This document shows, one piece after another, positions 62,040 through 64,000 of a DNA stretch of 64,000 nt. Every line of letters begins with the position of its first letter. The first letter of the stretch is position 1. Below the pieces are notes generated by a model, which was not told the origin of the DNA, did not search any database, and was given only the letters and a program-made list of their open reading frames with translations. Made by a program: the position numbers and the translations under genes. The stretch is from Laetmonice hystrix (lineage: Eukaryota), in the NCBI GenBank assembly GCA_965235115.1, contig OZ249444.1:6076001-6140000 (forward strand), given 5' to 3'.

Positions 62040-63590
62040 CTGGTCAAGGAAACAGCCTACTTACTAAACATAGGCGGGACAACCCAGCTGTACCCACATC
62101 TCTGGAAGAGCTGCCAAACCTACAGCTAGCACCGCATCCCGCACACACCACCGCCGCCTCTACAACAGACCAACCTTCGATGAATATTGATGAAGAGCTT
62201 GTTGTATTTATAGGCACCAGTCGGATCCCTTCTACACGGGGCTGATGAGAAAAGTCTATCCTCATCACTAAGGGTTGGATTCCATTACACACGCGGCGCT
62301 ATCCTACCAGAAATCATGCAGCTCTATCCCGGCATTGGCCTTAGATTGATCCCTGATCCGTTATTGATCCTAGAAATGAGATGGGGAGGGGCATTTCATT
62401 ATTGAAGCCAAAACTAGTTAAGAGGATGAGCAAATCTTGACTTGATATATTATCTCCTTCTCGTATGACATTGATTGTATTAGGCGAGCAGATATATTGT
62501 ATTTTGAATAGTAAGTTGTTAAATATTATATGCAGCAGTTAATTTGAAGGTCATTAAGTCTGCTGAAGGCCCAGAAGTAGGAAGGATAGTGTAGGAATGA
62601 CACTCCAGCTCGGCAGCTTACTGTCAGGTAGAATTGATATGAATTGATTATATTTGGAGCCGCCCTGACAGAACGTATTGGAGATGTGGCTTGTGCCGCC
62701 CTGACAGACCGTATTGGACCTCTGGCTTGAGTCACCCTGACAGACCGTATTGGACCTCTGGCTTGTGCTGCCCAGACAGACCGTATTGGACCTCTGGCTT
62801 GAGTCACCCTGACAGAACGTATTGGACCTCTGGCTTGAGTCACCCTGACAGACCGTATTGGACCTGTGGCTTGAGTCGCCCTGACAGACCCTATTGGACC
62901 TGTGGCTTGTGCCGCCCTGACAGACCGTATTGGACCTGTGGCTTGAGTCGCCCTGACAGACCATATTGGACCTGTGGCTTGAGTCGCCCTGACAGACCAT
63001 ATTGGACCTGTGGCTTGAGTCGCCCTGACAGACCATATTGGACCTGTGGCTTGAGTCGCCCTGACAGACCGTATTGGACATGTGGCTTGAGTCGCCTTGA
63101 CAAACCATATTGGACTTTTGGCGTACCGCGCCGTTGGTTGTGCTCTCAAGCGGATAAAGTTCTTTTGAAGTTTCGCACATGCTGGAGTTTCACGTGTTGC
63201 CGCTGAAGCCCTCGAAGTGGTCTTCCTCTTGGATGAAGAATAGTTAATGGTTAAAAAACTCCGCTGTCAAATCACATCAGACAGGTTGTACCCCACTGGC
63301 TTACACTCAGCGAACGGTGAGACCCAGGCTGAAGTGACGAAAGGAGATCGGGCAGGCCAGATTTGTGACAAATGCAGAAAGAAGTGGAATGAGGGGAAGA
63401 CAAACATGATGGAGGAGACAAGCCCCGCATCCCAGGCTTTCTGCCGAATGCTACTCTTGAGTGTTTTATAAACTGGATTGATGAAGTCAAGACAAGAGAA
63501 GAAACGTGACAAAAGCCGCCTGCCAGCTTAGGAAATCTCCTTGAAAACCTATCTCAGCTGTTCGTCGGCTGTAATTGGGATTTGCCTTGT
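62040..63590 (+). mobile_element. Possible degenerate MULE-type transposase relic split by a minisatellite
   Basis: RRDNPAVPTSLEEL, EELVVFIGT, MQLY and a C-terminal SLKTYLS..RRL resemble FLYWCH-MULE segments; many stops. Confidence 0.3.
62660..63117. repeat. Minisatellite, 36-bp unit (about 12.5 copies)
   Basis: Unit CCCTGACAGACCGTATTGGACCTGTGGCTTGAGTCG. Confidence 0.97.
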
Positions 63591-64000
63591 GAATCATGAG
63601 CGGCCGCGGCTAGCAATTAAAGCCACCCGGAGGCAGCAGTAGCGGAGGCTGACTGCTGATCTGGAGAGCAATGACAGGAGGTTGCATACAGTGACAAGCG
63701 TGAAGCGTCAGGTTTCCTGGGCAAGGGCGAACTCCGGACGTCGCCCTGCCGCCGGCCTACCACTCCAAGACATCGCTATCATCGGTAAAATGTTTGTGAT
63801 TAGCCGAACCACAGAGGACACCGACAGGTAGCTGTCACAAAGCACCCTTCTCCAGCATCCTCTCAGAGTGCCACGCATCTGAAGTGTCGCCAGGAAGGTC
63901 AGTCTGGCCTGTCTCTAGGAGCAGACGCTGATGACAAGGATCAAGACTTGTCTGTGAGTGGTCCGTCTTGAAAAGATCAAAGCAGGATACATTTTCTTTA

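Noticed and set aside
6621-63117. Regularly spaced 30-65-bp repeats as CRISPR arrays
   Set aside because: Units are head-to-tail with no unique spacers, there are no cas genes, and the context is eukaryotic.
6588-63206. Long ORFs in the track (e.g. 544 aa at 11015, 279 aa at 21388, 225 aa at 9152, 218-227 aa at 48879-50163, 207 aa at 62526) as protein genes
   Set aside because: All lie in tandem arrays, with peptide periodicity equal to the DNA unit and overlapping ORFs in several frames and strands.
1-64000. tRNA, rRNA, snRNA, endogenous virus/Polinton or horizontally acquired gene cluster
   Set aside because: No cloverleaf or rRNA signatures and no intact long non-repetitive ORFs were seen by eye. 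tRNAscan-SE, Infernal and a frameshift-aware protein search would be needed to exclude them formally.

Overview
This is animal genomic DNA, not prokaryotic: I found no operons, rRNA, tRNA or CRISPR arrays. Several good CTCF motifs suggest a bilaterian, probably an invertebrate (inference). Almost all of the window reads as intronic sequence of one large + strand gene. The only convincing coding exon is 42447-42626 (KYRYPPQEEDLPPPPPEL..., phase 0/0). It resembles the 'KYRY' MAGUK N-terminal exon of Discs large (Dlg1/SAP97/PSD-95 family); this identification is tentative because no L27 or PDZ exon was found in the window. Weaker candidate exons lie upstream: a 15-nt microexon, a 57-nt exon and several possible alternative first exons. 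The rest consists of about 18 unrelated minisatellite arrays (about 10 kb, about 16% of the window), palindromic MITEs, a triple-nested MITE inside a 1.3-kb tandem duplication, and heavily decayed relics of LINE, Ngaro/DIRS, MULE, Harbinger and possibly Penelope/THAP elements. Every ORF over 150 aa in the supplied track except the unassigned 189-aa ORF at 7874-8443 falls in a tandem repeat. I found no evidence for a novel multi-gene system. The most interesting signals are the nested transposon with its own empty-site copy, the possible alternative N-termini feeding the KYRY exon, and minisatellites sitting inside transposon relics. TE-relic calls come from by-eye motif matching across frameshifts, and their boundaries are approximate.
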